A DNA stretch of 41,024 bases from a virus, in the UHGV virus genome UHGV-0070243, one strand, 5' to 3'. Positions 18,258-28,164 of the stretch are shown here, piece by piece. Under the pieces are notes generated by a model. That model searched no databases. It was given only the letters and a program-made list of their open reading frames with translations, and was not told the DNA's origin. Made by a program: the position numbers and the translations under genes. The stretch's first letter is position 1. Every line of letters begins with the position of its first letter.

Positions 18258-18832
18258 CAGTAACCTCCTATTTTGAATCGGGAGTCAGAATTCATAAAAC
18301 CTGAGTTAGATAACATTGGCGTTCCACCACCAGATGCACTTCCTTTAGAGAACGGACTCCACGTCCCACCAAACATCTGGTACGCACCGTATGCCTTCAG
18401 AGGCGCAGTGAGCAATGTTGTTGCTGCTCCCATATTCCCCTGTTTACGGGCTGAACTGGCTTCTGCTTTATAGTTGGCAGCCTGAACCTGATAACCGTAA
18501 GCCTCGCGTTGCGCGTTATTCACCGTCGTCAGCGAATCAAGAGCGCCAAACTGGGCAGTGTCGCCAAATATATCCAGCGCGTTACCTGTAGATAAATCAG
18601 CGCCGGTAGCCCCCATTGTCGCCGCCTGTGTACCAAGCCGCTGTCGGGTCTCTCTGCGCCGTTGCTCAGCTTCAGCGTTACCTCTGTTTATTGCATCATT
18701 TGCCTGAGCTGTGGCTATATCTGCGTTCGCTTCTGCAACCTTCGAGGCATACTTTCCCTGTTGGTACTGGGTGTATGCCTGAATGCCACTCATGGCGAGC
18801 ATTGCGCCACCAGCAATAACCGGATCGCACAT
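18257..18832 (-). CDS. internal virion protein (191 aa), gp14-like by position
   Basis: Ala/Gly/Gln-rich low-complexity protein in the core-protein operon; translationally coupled. Confidence 0.45.
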   Translation of the reverse strand: MCDPVIAGGAMLAMSGIQAYTQYQQGKYASKVAEANADIATAQANDAINRGNAEAEQRRRETRQRLGTQAATMGATGADLSTGNALDIFGDTAQFGALDSLTTVNNAQREAYGYQVQAANYKAEASSARKQGNMGAATTLLTAPLKAYGAYQMFGGTWSPFSKGSASGGGTPMLSNSGFMNSDSRFKIGGY

Positions 18833-19296
18833 TATTTTCTCTCCATGTGAAATCTGTGGAAATTAAGACCAAGAGCACCATAAGGCGCGGCTTCTTCAAG
18901 CCTGAATCCAAGCCAGTGCAGCCATGCTTTGGCAACATGGTTTCGCTCGTCGACATAGTTTTCCAGGCGCGGATAAACTGCCAGCATCTGCTGCAATACA
19001 GGGCGGCAGTGGCGAAGAAATGTCTTCTGATATTTTTCGATACGGCTGGTTCCGACCAGCCAGGGCGTACCATTGCCACCGATCATTGACGCCGGAGATA
19101 CGCCAAACATGGTTACCAGTTCTCCGTTCGCAAATCCTGACCAGGCCATAGTCGCAGTGCGAAGACCAACGCGCAGCGCATCTTCGGTAGTCATCAGCGA
19201 TACCGCATACAGTTCGTCAATATCAGCCTGACGAACATCCGGCAAAATCATCTGAAGATGCTCTTCGGTAGCGGGAATAATTTGAACATCGATCAT
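18832..19296 (-). CDS. virion protein (154 aa), gp13-like by position
   Basis: position between tubular-B-like and core proteins; start overlaps upstream stop (ATGA). Confidence 0.4.
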   Translation of the reverse strand: MIDVQIIPATEEHLQMILPDVRQADIDELYAVSLMTTEDALRVGLRTATMAWSGFANGELVTMFGVSPASMIGGNGTPWLVGTSRIEKYQKTFLRHCRPVLQQMLAVYPRLENYVDERNHVAKAWLHWLGFRLEEAAPYGALGLNFHRFHMERK

Positions 19297-21767
19297 CAGA
19301 ATCCCCCAACAGTAAGGCGAGGAATAACGGCAAGAACAGACAGCGGCAACGGGTCAAGCTGACGGATTTTTACACGCCCGTTTTTGCCCCAGTTACTGTC
19401 CAGTTTCACTTCTACTTTTCCGGTAGCATCATCAACAGGATCATCGTAGAACTCGAATTCACGCTGTGGATATTCGTACCATTTACCGCCGGGCGTAGTC
19501 GCCCAGATGCCGCGACTGGCATTCACAACCAGAGTAACGGAGGGGATCACCTGTTTTTTGTCCAGCAGCGTTTCCTGTCCGTTAATGTTGATATCCAGTG
19601 TTTCGAATTCAGCAGTTATTGGCAGGCCGATGTGCACTACAGCCCCCGGAGATTCCAGCGTGACGGCACCTCCGGAAACCACTTTCTGTGGTTCCACGTT
19701 CGCATCAGAGAGAATGTTTACGGTCTGGCCTTCAAGATGAGACAGGCCTCCAAATGTCCGGCGCGCCATCTGCCAGTTCGTGGTGGCCACATTCCTGAGG
19801 GATGGCGGGACGTTCCTGTTAGCACGAACCACTACAGCGGTATTGCTGGTTACAGAAATAATGTCGCAACGTAATTCTTTTGACACTTCATCGCCAGTAT
19901 CAGGAGCAGTTCCGGTATAAGGGAACTGTAGTTGCGCACCGACATCACTACTGGTGAAGTACGCACCACCAGAAACACTGATTGTATATTCCGCGCGGTA
20001 ATCCCATTCGCCAGAACCACCAGTGATGGTCATCGTTCTGTCAGACGTATTTCTTCCATCATAGCTAAGGCCAGAATCAACAAAGAAAGCATCTTCATCG
20101 CTGGTAAATAAACGGCTGGACAGTCTCTCGATGTATCTCACTGTTTGCCCGTTAACGGTTCTGTTAACGACGAAATACACCGCATCTTCATTGCCTTCGC
20201 TGATACTGCATGTGCTTTCATATTTTCCGGTACTGGATTGTGGTGCCCATGCAAAAACCTGCTGATCACGCAAATAGGTCATCACCAGTAATTTACCGTC
20301 ATCACGAATGCAGAAGGCACTGGAGTAAGGGACAATCGAGAAGCACCAGTCAACAATGCTGTGCTTCTGAAAAAGATGATTGGCAAGGATAGTAAGGTCG
20401 TTCCCCTGATAGCCGTCAACATCGAATGAGTAGGCCAGATCACGGACAACACTGCCTTTCTCCTGGACGAACAGAGCAATATTCGCCACGGCAATTGGTG
20501 GGACATTGCTCGAGCCATTTGATCCCTGAGAGCTGAATGCAAATGATGATGGGGTTAACACTTTGTTCTGGTCGCCGGTGATGACGTACTCACCTCCGGA
20601 AGTCAGCGCCACCAGAGAACCAACATCAATCAGGTGGCGGATCTCATTAACCTGACGCCCGGCATAGGTGTAGATAATTCTGTCGTCATCCTGCGTAGGA
20701 TTGCTTTTGCCAAAATCCTTATAATCCCCGGTACGGCTGGCCCAGATAGTCTGAGGGAACGCAGTCGATGCGGCGAAGTAAAGACGCTGTTGATAATAAA
20801 CAACAGTGCCAGGATAACCATTAACACTGTTCCAGGCATATTTAGCCCATTTATAGCTGGCATTATCCTCGCCAACGACCTGCGAAGGGATATAGGAAAT
20901 CACCTCAGCAGTTGCAGTAGTGCCATTTACAGCAGTTATACTGGCAATGCCAAAACCACTGTGCAGATACTCCCACTCAATGCCAGTATCATCATCACCG
21001 GATCCGCCCCAGCCATCCCATGATGTGCCTTCTGTATGCGAAGGGCGCAAAGTACCTGTTTTGCCTGCTGTAACGGCGCGATAGTAGTTACTGTCTGCAC
21101 GGCGAATATCGCCAATCGACGTACTCTTACTGGTTTCCCATACCGGCACAGAATCCACTGCAGGCTGTTCCAGATAGAACAATTTGCCTACCTGCTCCGC
21201 GCCAAAAATAGAGGCGCTTGCCGTTAACGTAATTGTCCCGGTGCTGGCGCTGGCATAAACCGTCACTGACTCGTCAATATTGATATCTTCAAATGGCCCG
21301 TTCTTCGTTACCACATCAACCAGTTGCCAGTTGTCATGCGCATAGCGACGCAACTCTTTCGGCGGGTATGCCGGATGAACCAGCGTAAGCACGTCGGCGC
21401 TTTGCGTGAATTTAATTCGGAACAGATCGGCTTCAGTATATGGCGTGGCAATTTCATAAATAACATTGCTGCTGTTCAGCACCAACGCACCATCTTTGAT
21501 AACGCGCATGTACTGGTGTCCGAACTCCAGAGCATAGGTCTGAACCGTCGAGAACTGGAACGGGATCAGGCGGCATTTCCGATTTGGGTATTTGGCGGCA
21601 CCGACAAAACGCGTACCAGGTCGATTCTCAACGCCGCCATACTGCCGCACGATAAAGTTATCGCACTTGCGCAATGCCACCTGGTACTTCGCCATGTCAA
21701 TACGCCCGTACAACGACGGTCCAATCTCACCACCGGCAAAGCTGGGCTGGATCCAACTGATAGCCAT
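19296..21767 (-). CDS. tail tubular protein B / nozzle-like (823 aa)
   Basis: size and position match T7 gp12; N-terminal ISWIQPSFAGGEIGPSLYGRID resembles the gp12 N-terminal pattern (memory). Confidence 0.6.
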   Translation of the reverse strand: MAISWIQPSFAGGEIGPSLYGRIDMAKYQVALRKCDNFIVRQYGGVENRPGTRFVGAAKYPNRKCRLIPFQFSTVQTYALEFGHQYMRVIKDGALVLNSSNVIYEIATPYTEADLFRIKFTQSADVLTLVHPAYPPKELRRYAHDNWQLVDVVTKNGPFEDINIDESVTVYASASTGTITLTASASIFGAEQVGKLFYLEQPAVDSVPVWETSKSTSIGDIRRADSNYYRAVTAGKTGTLRPSHTEGTSWDGWGGSGDDDTGIEWEYLHSGFGIASITAVNGTTATAEVISYIPSQVVGEDNASYKWAKYAWNSVNGYPGTVVYYQQRLYFAASTAFPQTIWASRTGDYKDFGKSNPTQDDDRIIYTYAGRQVNEIRHLIDVGSLVALTSGGEYVITGDQNKVLTPSSFAFSSQGSNGSSNVPPIAVANIALFVQEKGSVVRDLAYSFDVDGYQGNDLTILANHLFQKHSIVDWCFSIVPYSSAFCIRDDGKLLVMTYLRDQQVFAWAPQSSTGKYESTCSISEGNEDAVYFVVNRTVNGQTVRYIERLSSRLFTSDEDAFFVDSGLSYDGRNTSDRTMTITGGSGEWDYRAEYTISVSGGAYFTSSDVGAQLQFPYTGTAPDTGDEVSKELRCDIISVTSNTAVVVRANRNVPPSLRNVATTNWQMARRTFGGLSHLEGQTVNILSDANVEPQKVVSGGAVTLESPGAVVHIGLPITAEFETLDININGQETLLDKKQVIPSVTLVVNASRGIWATTPGGKWYEYPQREFEFYDDPVDDATGKVEVKLDSNWGKNGRVKIRQLDPLPLSVLAVIPRLTVGGF

Positions 21768-22375
21768 CAGGACAACCTCGCAATGGTAAACTCATCAACC
21801 GGTGGCTGTGGTTCCTGTGATTCATTCTGGCTATGCGAGCCAGCACTAAGAATCACGCGATTGTACATATTGAGGGCAAACGTACCGAGGTCTGCATTCC
21901 CAGTCAGCGCCATGTTAATAGCTGCCGCAAGACGCCAGGCCAACGCCTCCATAAAAATGGCATCAAACATGTTCACATCTGAAACGCGAGAGACATACTT
22001 GAGCCATGCCTGCGGCTGGTCTGTGTAGATCAACTTTCCTGTTCCGTTGGTGTCTGCACCAACTTCGTACTGAACGCGCATTGCTGCTGTTGGATTGCGT
22101 ACACCAGGAAGCATAATTTCAGTAATGCGCAGACAATCGGACGGGTACTGGTACGCATATTCCCAGTCAGGCGGTGGATTGTTCGTATCTGCAAGCGCCA
22201 CGCGTTTGGTAGCAAAGTTCCAGTCAAAATCAGAAAGCACAGCATCACGGCAGGCCTCAAAGTGCAGCGAACATTCCCCTGCTTCCTTGCTGGCTTCCGT
22301 CAGGCTGTTAATGCTGCGGCTGTTGCCAATATTGGACAGCGCACGATTACAGATCTCTACTACAGAGGCCATCAC
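21767..22375 (-). CDS. tail tubular protein A / adaptor-like (202 aa)
   Basis: size and position match T7 gp11; coupled to the downstream gene. Confidence 0.5.
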   Translation of the reverse strand: MMASVVEICNRALSNIGNSRSINSLTEASKEAGECSLHFEACRDAVLSDFDWNFATKRVALADTNNPPPDWEYAYQYPSDCLRITEIMLPGVRNPTAAMRVQYEVGADTNGTGKLIYTDQPQAWLKYVSRVSDVNMFDAIFMEALAWRLAAAINMALTGNADLGTFALNMYNRVILSAGSHSQNESQEPQPPVDEFTIARLS

Positions 22376-22701
22376 TCACCCCCGTTACCGTAGAGGGTTT
22401 CAGCCGCTGATTTTTCTACATCACCGGAAACAGGAGCGATCGCCATATCAGTGATCTGCAGATCGGCGCTGCGATTAACACCATCGTCAGTTTCTCTGGC
22501 AGACAGGCCTCGAATAACAGCTTTTGCAGTTATCATCACTTCTGTTCCGACGCCCTGAGGTTGCGCCTTCAGCTTATTCAATGTGTCGTTATTAAGAGTG
22601 ATGCACAGCCCCCACGGGTATTCATCGCGAGTTCTGGTTTCTCCGCTCTCATCCTGGTAGCTGTCAGTGCCGGTTTTGAGGTTTACGAGTTCCATATACA
22701 C
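22372..22701 (-). CDS. hypothetical virion-module protein (109 aa)
   Basis: ORF in structural operon; RBS AGGAG upstream. Confidence 0.45.
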   Translation of the reverse strand: MYMELVNLKTGTDSYQDESGETRTRDEYPWGLCITLNNDTLNKLKAQPQGVGTEVMITAKAVIRGLSARETDDGVNRSADLQITDMAIAPVSGDVEKSAAETLYGNGGE

Positions 22702-22745
22702 TCCTGCAATAAAGGGGCCGAAGCCCCTTGTCGGATTCGCGAGGC

Positions 22746-23090
22746 TTACACGCCTAGTTCTTTACGCTTATCTGCGATCTTCTCGCGGAGCGTTTCGGCT
22801 TTAGCGTTATGGTGTGGCTTCTCGTTAAAGAGCAATTCGTACTCTTCACGGAGCTTATCCAGTTCACCATCATCTGACACATCGTTGATGATTTTGGTGC
22901 TGGTTGCTGCCATTGACACCTTTCCTGCAACTTTTGCTTTTGCCTGTCTGGCTGCATCGTTAACAGGTTCCAGTGCGCTACCAGGCTCACCTTCGTATTC
23001 GATTTCTGCCCCCTCCGGCCACAGAGTGTTATGGATATGAGAGAGGCGCAGAACGAGGTATCTTGGTTTCTCACCTGACATCGATATCAC
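22746..23090 (-). CDS. hypothetical virion-module protein (114 aa)
   Basis: ORF in structural operon; acidic. Confidence 0.45.
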   Translation of the reverse strand: MISMSGEKPRYLVLRLSHIHNTLWPEGAEIEYEGEPGSALEPVNDAARQAKAKVAGKVSMAATSTKIINDVSDDGELDKLREEYELLFNEKPHHNAKAETLREKIADKRKELGV

Positions 23091-23091
23091 C

Positions 23092-23529
23092 TTAACCAGT
23101 TACTTTTGAGCGGATCGGATACGGCGTATTGGCATCAACATCAAGACTGATACCAGCAGTGAATTCGCCAGCCGTTAGTGGGCCAGTTGCGACGGAGTAG
23201 TTAACACGCAGATATCGCTGAACACCGGCAGGCACCTTTGCAGAAACAACTCGTTTACCTGCTGTCAGGGCGGTCTTTGCCAGTGCGCCACTATCATAAA
23301 TAGTGGTCCATGAGCTGTTATTTTCACTCGTCTGCAACTGGATGTTTACAGTTGCATCACCGCTTGCCGCGGCGGCTGTGTTAACCAGCGCCCAAAACTC
23401 AAGCGGGTAACCAACGCCGATATCACGACGTTTTCCGTCAATTGGACCGAGATCGATTACGTCAGTAGAAGCCGCGGTATCAGTTACCGCCTGTGCTTCG
23501 GAGAACATCAACAGTTTGTCGGTGATCAT
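23092..23529 (-). CDS. hypothetical virion protein (145 aa), possibly capsid-associated
   Basis: immediately downstream of the capsid gene; beta-rich composition. Confidence 0.45.
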   Translation of the reverse strand: MITDKLLMFSEAQAVTDTAASTDVIDLGPIDGKRRDIGVGYPLEFWALVNTAAAASGDATVNIQLQTSENNSSWTTIYDSGALAKTALTAGKRVVSAKVPAGVQRYLRVNYSVATGPLTAGEFTAGISLDVDANTPYPIRSKVTG

Positions 23530-23580
23530 CTTCTTTCTCCATTAGTGGGTCTGTTACGACCCACAGGTTAATAACAGGCG

Positions 23581-24573
23581 TTACACCACGCGGGCTTCTG
23601 TTTCCAGAAGCGCATCAGTTTCACGGATTGGTACACCACGGAATGAAGTCCACCACTCGCCTTCTGTCTCTTTTACGCTGATAGCCAGAGATGTTTTCTC
23701 CAGAGACTGCAGATCAAGAGCCTGGCCTACAGTGCGGTTCATGTAGAACACCGGGCGGCCCATGCCACGGTTTGGAATGCGATGTAGTGCTTTAACCATC
23801 AACTTCGCAATATTTGCGGCAGAGGATGGTTCTGAAAGATTGCTGACATCGATGTTTGCAATGCGAACAACATAACGCCAGTCACGCAGAGCAAGTCCGT
23901 TATCCCATTTGTAATGGGTGCGATAGCCTTCGTACTTGCCGCCATTAGCATCTTCCAGTGTCACCTGGCCTTTATCTTCCATCTGGATGCCAGCCTTCTG
24001 CCCTTTCGGGAAGATGCCATGCACGGTGTTTTCGCCCCACACCACTAACCAGATTGAGGTGTTATCTGTACCCGTGCCACCAGCATCAATGATGTTCTGA
24101 GCATTACCCGCAGACAGGCTGGAATAGCGGGAGGACAGTCCCATAAACTGCTGAGGGTTAACGCTGGAATCACCATAAAACAGCGTCTGCGCCATCTGCT
24201 GATTCATCGCTTCAATAAATGCGCGGTCTTCAGAAAGGCGGAATTCGGCGGTATTGCCGTTCAGATCAGCCAGTGACTTATCGACTTCCGCATAGGTTTC
24301 CAGCATGCCAACGGAATCGGTTACCTGCACTGTGGTTGATTTGCTTGGCTGTACGCCATAGTTCAGCAAACGCCAGGTAGCTGAAGGTAAACCAGAACGA
24401 ATGGTGGTTCGGTGTCCGGTAGGAAGGTTCCCTTCGACAAAAGGCATATCCTGAAGGATCGGGTTAGTTTGACCGAGAAGCTCGATAATCTTATCGACTT
24501 TCCCGTTTGGATCGACGCGCTTACCCCAGTCAGCCAGCGTTAGCGCAGTTAAGCCTTTAACAGCCATTGTCAT
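23581..24573 (-). CDS. major capsid protein (330 aa)
   Basis: position after scaffold gene, size typical of T7-like major capsid; followed by a stem-loop at 23545-23564. Confidence 0.7.
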   Translation of the reverse strand: MTMAVKGLTALTLADWGKRVDPNGKVDKIIELLGQTNPILQDMPFVEGNLPTGHRTTIRSGLPSATWRLLNYGVQPSKSTTVQVTDSVGMLETYAEVDKSLADLNGNTAEFRLSEDRAFIEAMNQQMAQTLFYGDSSVNPQQFMGLSSRYSSLSAGNAQNIIDAGGTGTDNTSIWLVVWGENTVHGIFPKGQKAGIQMEDKGQVTLEDANGGKYEGYRTHYKWDNGLALRDWRYVVRIANIDVSNLSEPSSAANIAKLMVKALHRIPNRGMGRPVFYMNRTVGQALDLQSLEKTSLAISVKETEGEWWTSFRGVPIRETDALLETEARVV

Positions 24574-24581
24574 TTCCTCTC

Positions 24582-25283
24582 TTATTTGCCATAGAGCACT
24601 TCGGCCGCACTACGCTGGCCTTCATTACCACCGGTGACCATGCCATCTTCAGACATCGCCTTTCCGATTTTCACGAACGTTTTGACCAGATCAGGGTGAT
24701 TACCCAGCCCGGTGGTGTTCAGATATTCTTTGAGTTCAGGTGTCCCGAACTGGTCAAGCGCACGCTGTGCGGCGCTAAGGTTAGAAATCAACTTGTCGCC
24801 ACCGATTTCTTTGTCGGCTTTTACATCCGCAGCCCACTGCTCGGTTGTTTTCTGCCAGGCTTCTGCCTGGCGCTGCTGAACACCTGCCAGAATCTTCGGA
24901 TAAGCATCAACCAGCTTTTGCGCTTGCTCGTTGGTCAGGTTTAGTTCTCGCGCCACCGGCTCGAATTCCTTCAACGCTTCTGTATCCAGCTCTACGCCTT
25001 CGGCAGCCTGAAACTCGTACTTTTCTGGCGCACCCTCTGGTTTATCGCCGTCCTTTTTTTCATCCTGCTTATCGTTTTCAGGCTTTTTGTCATCAGCAGG
25101 TTTATCGCCATCAGCAACAGGTTGTGGCTTATCACCTTCCTGTTGTGATGGATCACCAACTGGAGCAGGGTTATCACCTGCAGGCGCTGACGGTTCTGAC
25201 GCAGCCGGAGCTGCTCCACCATCGACTGGTTGCTCATTGCAAAGACGGCGATACAGCAAACGCTCAAATAAATTCATGATCAC
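24582..25283 (-). CDS. scaffolding protein (233 aa)
   Basis: highly acidic, Pro/Asp/Lys-rich low-complexity N-terminal half, helical C-terminus; between portal and capsid. Confidence 0.65.
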   Translation of the reverse strand: MIMNLFERLLYRRLCNEQPVDGGAAPAASEPSAPAGDNPAPVGDPSQQEGDKPQPVADGDKPADDKKPENDKQDEKKDGDKPEGAPEKYEFQAAEGVELDTEALKEFEPVARELNLTNEQAQKLVDAYPKILAGVQQRQAEAWQKTTEQWAADVKADKEIGGDKLISNLSAAQRALDQFGTPELKEYLNTTGLGNHPDLVKTFVKIGKAMSEDGMVTGGNEGQRSAAEVLYGK

Positions 25284-25576
25284 TCCTGTTCACTGGCCTC
25301 TTTGGCCATCTTCAAATACTGTTCAGGGCAATGCGCCATAACGCGCTGAAACAGTTCCAGCGCCAGATTGCGTTGCCCCTCATTAAATGCCATTGCCATA
25401 GCGTCCATCGGTGAGATAGCGGAAAACACACGGCCTTTCTCCAGCACCGACCAGACAACGCGACGCCCCTGTTCACTGCTCATGACAAAGCAAATGTCAT
25501 CAATTTCACGCTGTGCCATGTCACGTTGCTTACGGGCGTTTTCTTCTTTCAGTTGATCGTCTTCGTAATCTGTCAT
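25280..25576 (-). CDS. hypothetical head-module protein (98 aa)
   Basis: ORF between portal and scaffold; overlaps both by 4 nt. Confidence 0.45.
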   Translation of the reverse strand: MTDYEDDQLKEENARKQRDMAQREIDDICFVMSSEQGRRVVWSVLEKGRVFSAISPMDAMAMAFNEGQRNLALELFQRVMAHCPEQYLKMAKEASEQE

Positions 25577-27252
25577 TGTGATTGCCCACCCTGACCACTA
25601 ACTGCATTCGCCATAGCTGACAAAACACTCGGATCCGAAGTTTTAGCTTCGCTTAGCGTCTTGGCACCCTGTGCCGCCGCCATCCCCATCGCCATCATTT
25701 GTTGCTGCTGTTGTTGCTGTGCCCGTTGCTGGCGAGCCTGCTCAACCTGTTCCTGCGGAACAATGACGGTTGGAGACACTCCGGACATATCAGCGAATGC
25801 ATCGATCGCCTGATCAACGTTGAGTTTGTCGAGAGCTTCTGGTTTCGCTTGCGCAAGTTGACCAATGAAGTTGACCGTAGACGCCAGACTGGACAGGCCG
25901 ATAGACTTCTGCGCCTGAGCCATGACGGAAATGTATTCGACCTTCAGGGGCATACCTTCCATCGCGTCAGGCGGTGGCGGCAGCATGTTTTTACGCACCA
26001 TCATCGAGAAAGCGCGATCAATGAGAGGATTAAGACATTCGTCGTTCAGACGCTCCAGAACCGGCCCCAACATCAGAAGTTTTTCTTCTTTCATTTCGAT
26101 CACCGCTTCAACAGGCATCGAGCGGGTATTGATGTTCTGCAACATCATGAACAGATCGACAAAGTAGGCGCTGTTAATGATTTGACGGGTGTCCTGAATG
26201 TCTGCCACCAAATCTGCTGTACTGGGGTTAACCAGATAAGCAGGCCTGAAACCATCCTGACCAGTAATCTGATCGATATACGTGATGTCGCCAGGAAGAA
26301 GGGAGGCACGCTGATTCTTGAGGGAAGTCGGAGCAACCATCGGCGGATTGGTGGCTTTATCAATCAACTGCGACTTGCGCTTCTGGAGAAGCTGCAATGC
26401 CTTAACAGGTCCAAGCGCCAGCATACCCGGGCATGATGATCCATAAACATCTTCGCCGTTAACTTCCCAGCGCGGAGCCATAATTGGAAACTCATCGAAT
26501 CCGGACTCACGCAACAACTTGTCGTTATCGCCACCAACCTCGTAATAAACCGATTTGAATGGCTTGTTCTTGCTATCCAGCTTCGATGTATCGCGGTCAA
26601 TGTTCGGGTAAACCGAATGCATCACTTCAATCCACTTCTCGTAGGTTCCGCTTTCCCACATGCTTTTTACGGATTCGCTGACGTTATTTAGCCCGAACTC
26701 CTGAACAAGCTGACGAACAGTCATAGAGAACTTGCGAAAACAGGTGTCCACACTGCCACGAGGTGAGTTAGCCAGGTAGTAACTGCCTATCGGGAATGGC
26801 ATTGTGCGAATGATGTCCTCGTCATCCTCCAGCACTGCCATTGCACCAGTGCTGTATGTGCCGAGGCTTCCGTATAACTGCGGCAGCGACTGATAGAGAT
26901 TCGAATTATTGAACATATCGTTCATGCGGTTCTGCACCGCCTCAAGCCACAACTTAACAGGGCCATAATCCATCATTTCAGGATCTGGCGTAGCCAGGCG
27001 AAACCACGGACGCGCGGGGCTTGTGATGCCTGACATCATGCCGCTGGCGAGAGTGCGCGCCGCCATAGTCCCGGTCGAATCAATAATACGTGTATTGCGT
27101 CGATCGTTACGGTTGACCTCAGAAGTCAGAAAGCGGGAACCACGCGGGTTGATGTAATCACTCAACTCGCGCCAGTGCGGCTCGAACGACTGACGCTCGC
27201 TTTCAAGTTGTGCGAACTGTTTGTTCAATCGCTCTTTAGTTGTTTCCGCCAT
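25573..27252 (-). CDS. portal protein (559 aa), T7-like head-to-tail connector
   Basis: size; Gln/Ala/Met-rich C-terminal tail (QQRAQQQQQQQMMAMGMAAAQ) resembles the T7 gp8 C-terminus (memory); GGAG RBS. Confidence 0.75.
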   Translation of the reverse strand: MAETTKERLNKQFAQLESERQSFEPHWRELSDYINPRGSRFLTSEVNRNDRRNTRIIDSTGTMAARTLASGMMSGITSPARPWFRLATPDPEMMDYGPVKLWLEAVQNRMNDMFNNSNLYQSLPQLYGSLGTYSTGAMAVLEDDEDIIRTMPFPIGSYYLANSPRGSVDTCFRKFSMTVRQLVQEFGLNNVSESVKSMWESGTYEKWIEVMHSVYPNIDRDTSKLDSKNKPFKSVYYEVGGDNDKLLRESGFDEFPIMAPRWEVNGEDVYGSSCPGMLALGPVKALQLLQKRKSQLIDKATNPPMVAPTSLKNQRASLLPGDITYIDQITGQDGFRPAYLVNPSTADLVADIQDTRQIINSAYFVDLFMMLQNINTRSMPVEAVIEMKEEKLLMLGPVLERLNDECLNPLIDRAFSMMVRKNMLPPPPDAMEGMPLKVEYISVMAQAQKSIGLSSLASTVNFIGQLAQAKPEALDKLNVDQAIDAFADMSGVSPTVIVPQEQVEQARQQRAQQQQQQQMMAMGMAAAQGAKTLSEAKTSDPSVLSAMANAVSGQGGQSQ

Positions 27253-27266
27253 TTCAATGACTCCGG

Positions 27267-27473
27267 TTACTGACCAAGCAGCGTTTTACCGCTGGTATTA
27301 GCGGTTGATGTGTCGCCCTGAGAACCGGTAAGCAGCGTAGAACTACGACCAGCAGCAGCGCGACGGCGACGAGTTTCTTCGTCGCGGGCATCAACAACGG
27401 CGGCATCCTGCTCCTGTGGTGCTGCCTGAACTTCTGGTGTTGCAGGCACTGATGGTGAGCTACCCATGCACAT
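27267..27473 (-). CDS. hypothetical small protein (68 aa) upstream of portal
   Basis: GGAG RBS 9 nt upstream; the same RBS context (GGAGTCATTGA) precedes the portal start. Confidence 0.45.
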   Translation of the reverse strand: MCMGSSPSVPATPEVQAAPQEQDAAVVDARDEETRRRRAAAGRSSTLLTGSQGDTSTANTSGKTLLGQ

Positions 27474-27563
27474 ATCAATGACTCCGTACGCAATTAAATT
27501 ATTACCAATTTAACCACATATGATTTATTTATCGTAGATACTTGACATTTAACGCACTAATTA

Positions 27564-27578
27564 TTACCTTTCAGGTAA
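27564..27578. promoter_or_regulatory. operator-like palindrome TTACCtttcaGGTAA next to a TTGACA -35-like hexamer (27542-27547)
   Basis: perfect site; identical 16-mer to the 7264-7279 site. Confidence 0.6.
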
Positions 27579-27900
27579 GCAAAGAGTTCATTCCGGTTAT
27601 TAACCTGACTGGCTTGTCGTTAAATTGAACAGGTGGGGTGAGCTTTTATTTTGAGCAGTACGGTGTATGGCACATGCGCCGATAGCGGTCTGGATACGTT
27701 TAAGGGGCACCCTCCCTTGCTCGGGCAAACGAACCAGGTAGCCGGAATGTGCAAGTCGAGCGGTTTTATTCCGCGCACGGGGATTCACCATCCCGGCGAT
27801 TCGGTGTGACGCCTCGGAAGAGACGAGGGTACAACGATGAGAGCATTTATGGAGCCGCGACAAAGTGTGGCGCCTTAACAGGCTAAGTGCTCTCAGCGTT

Positions 27901-27977
27901 GTGGCATTAGCTCAGTTGGACAGAGCAACCGCCTTCTAAGCGGTTGGTCGCAGGTTCGAATACTGCATGCCACGCCA
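27901..27977 (+). tRNA. tRNA-Arg (anticodon UCU), 77 nt, with a G:A mismatch in the T-stem
   Basis: acceptor GTGGCAT/ATGCCAC, discriminator G, CCA encoded; D-arm GCTC/GAGC; anticodon stem ACCGC/GCGGT with loop CTTCTAA; T-arm GCAGG-TTCGAAT-ACTGC; overall very similar to E. coli argU (memory). Confidence 0.8.
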
Positions 27978-28020
27978 GAATCACGCCTAAGGACCGTGAT
28001 GCCAGAAGTTCCAGGTGCTT

Positions 28021-28062
28021 GGCGGTGATGGTTTCCCTTGAAGGACTATCACCGCCCTTTTT
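28021..28062 (+). terminator. hairpin GGCGGTGAT...ATCACCGCC followed by CTTTTT, downstream of tRNA
   Basis: 9-bp stem with long loop and T-run. Confidence 0.5.
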
Positions 28063-28140
28063 ACAGCAGGACGCCATTGCGATGACTTCATGCTGTAAAC
28101 CAGTACAGCCACGGAAGGCATAACTCATTGCTTCCAGTTC

Positions 28141-28164
28141 GCCCGGTTCGTCCGGGCATTTTTT
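28141..28164 (+). terminator. rho-independent terminator GCCCGG-ttcgt-CCGGGC + T6
   Basis: 6-bp GC stem followed by ATTTTTT. Confidence 0.65.

Noticed and set aside
12581-21023. Numerous 60-130 aa ORFs on the plus strand inside the large minus-strand structural genes
   Set aside because: All lie antisense within long, well-supported virion genes and lack RBSs; typical shadow ORFs.
4041-27252. Assignment of the prophage to the P22-like K1-specific phage CUS-3
   Set aside because: Although the immI-like block and a possible endosialidase spike resemble that phage, the portal (559 aa), capsid (330 aa) and T7-like tail/core gene set and the fibre N-terminus do not fit P22-type virion genes (from memory of their sizes).
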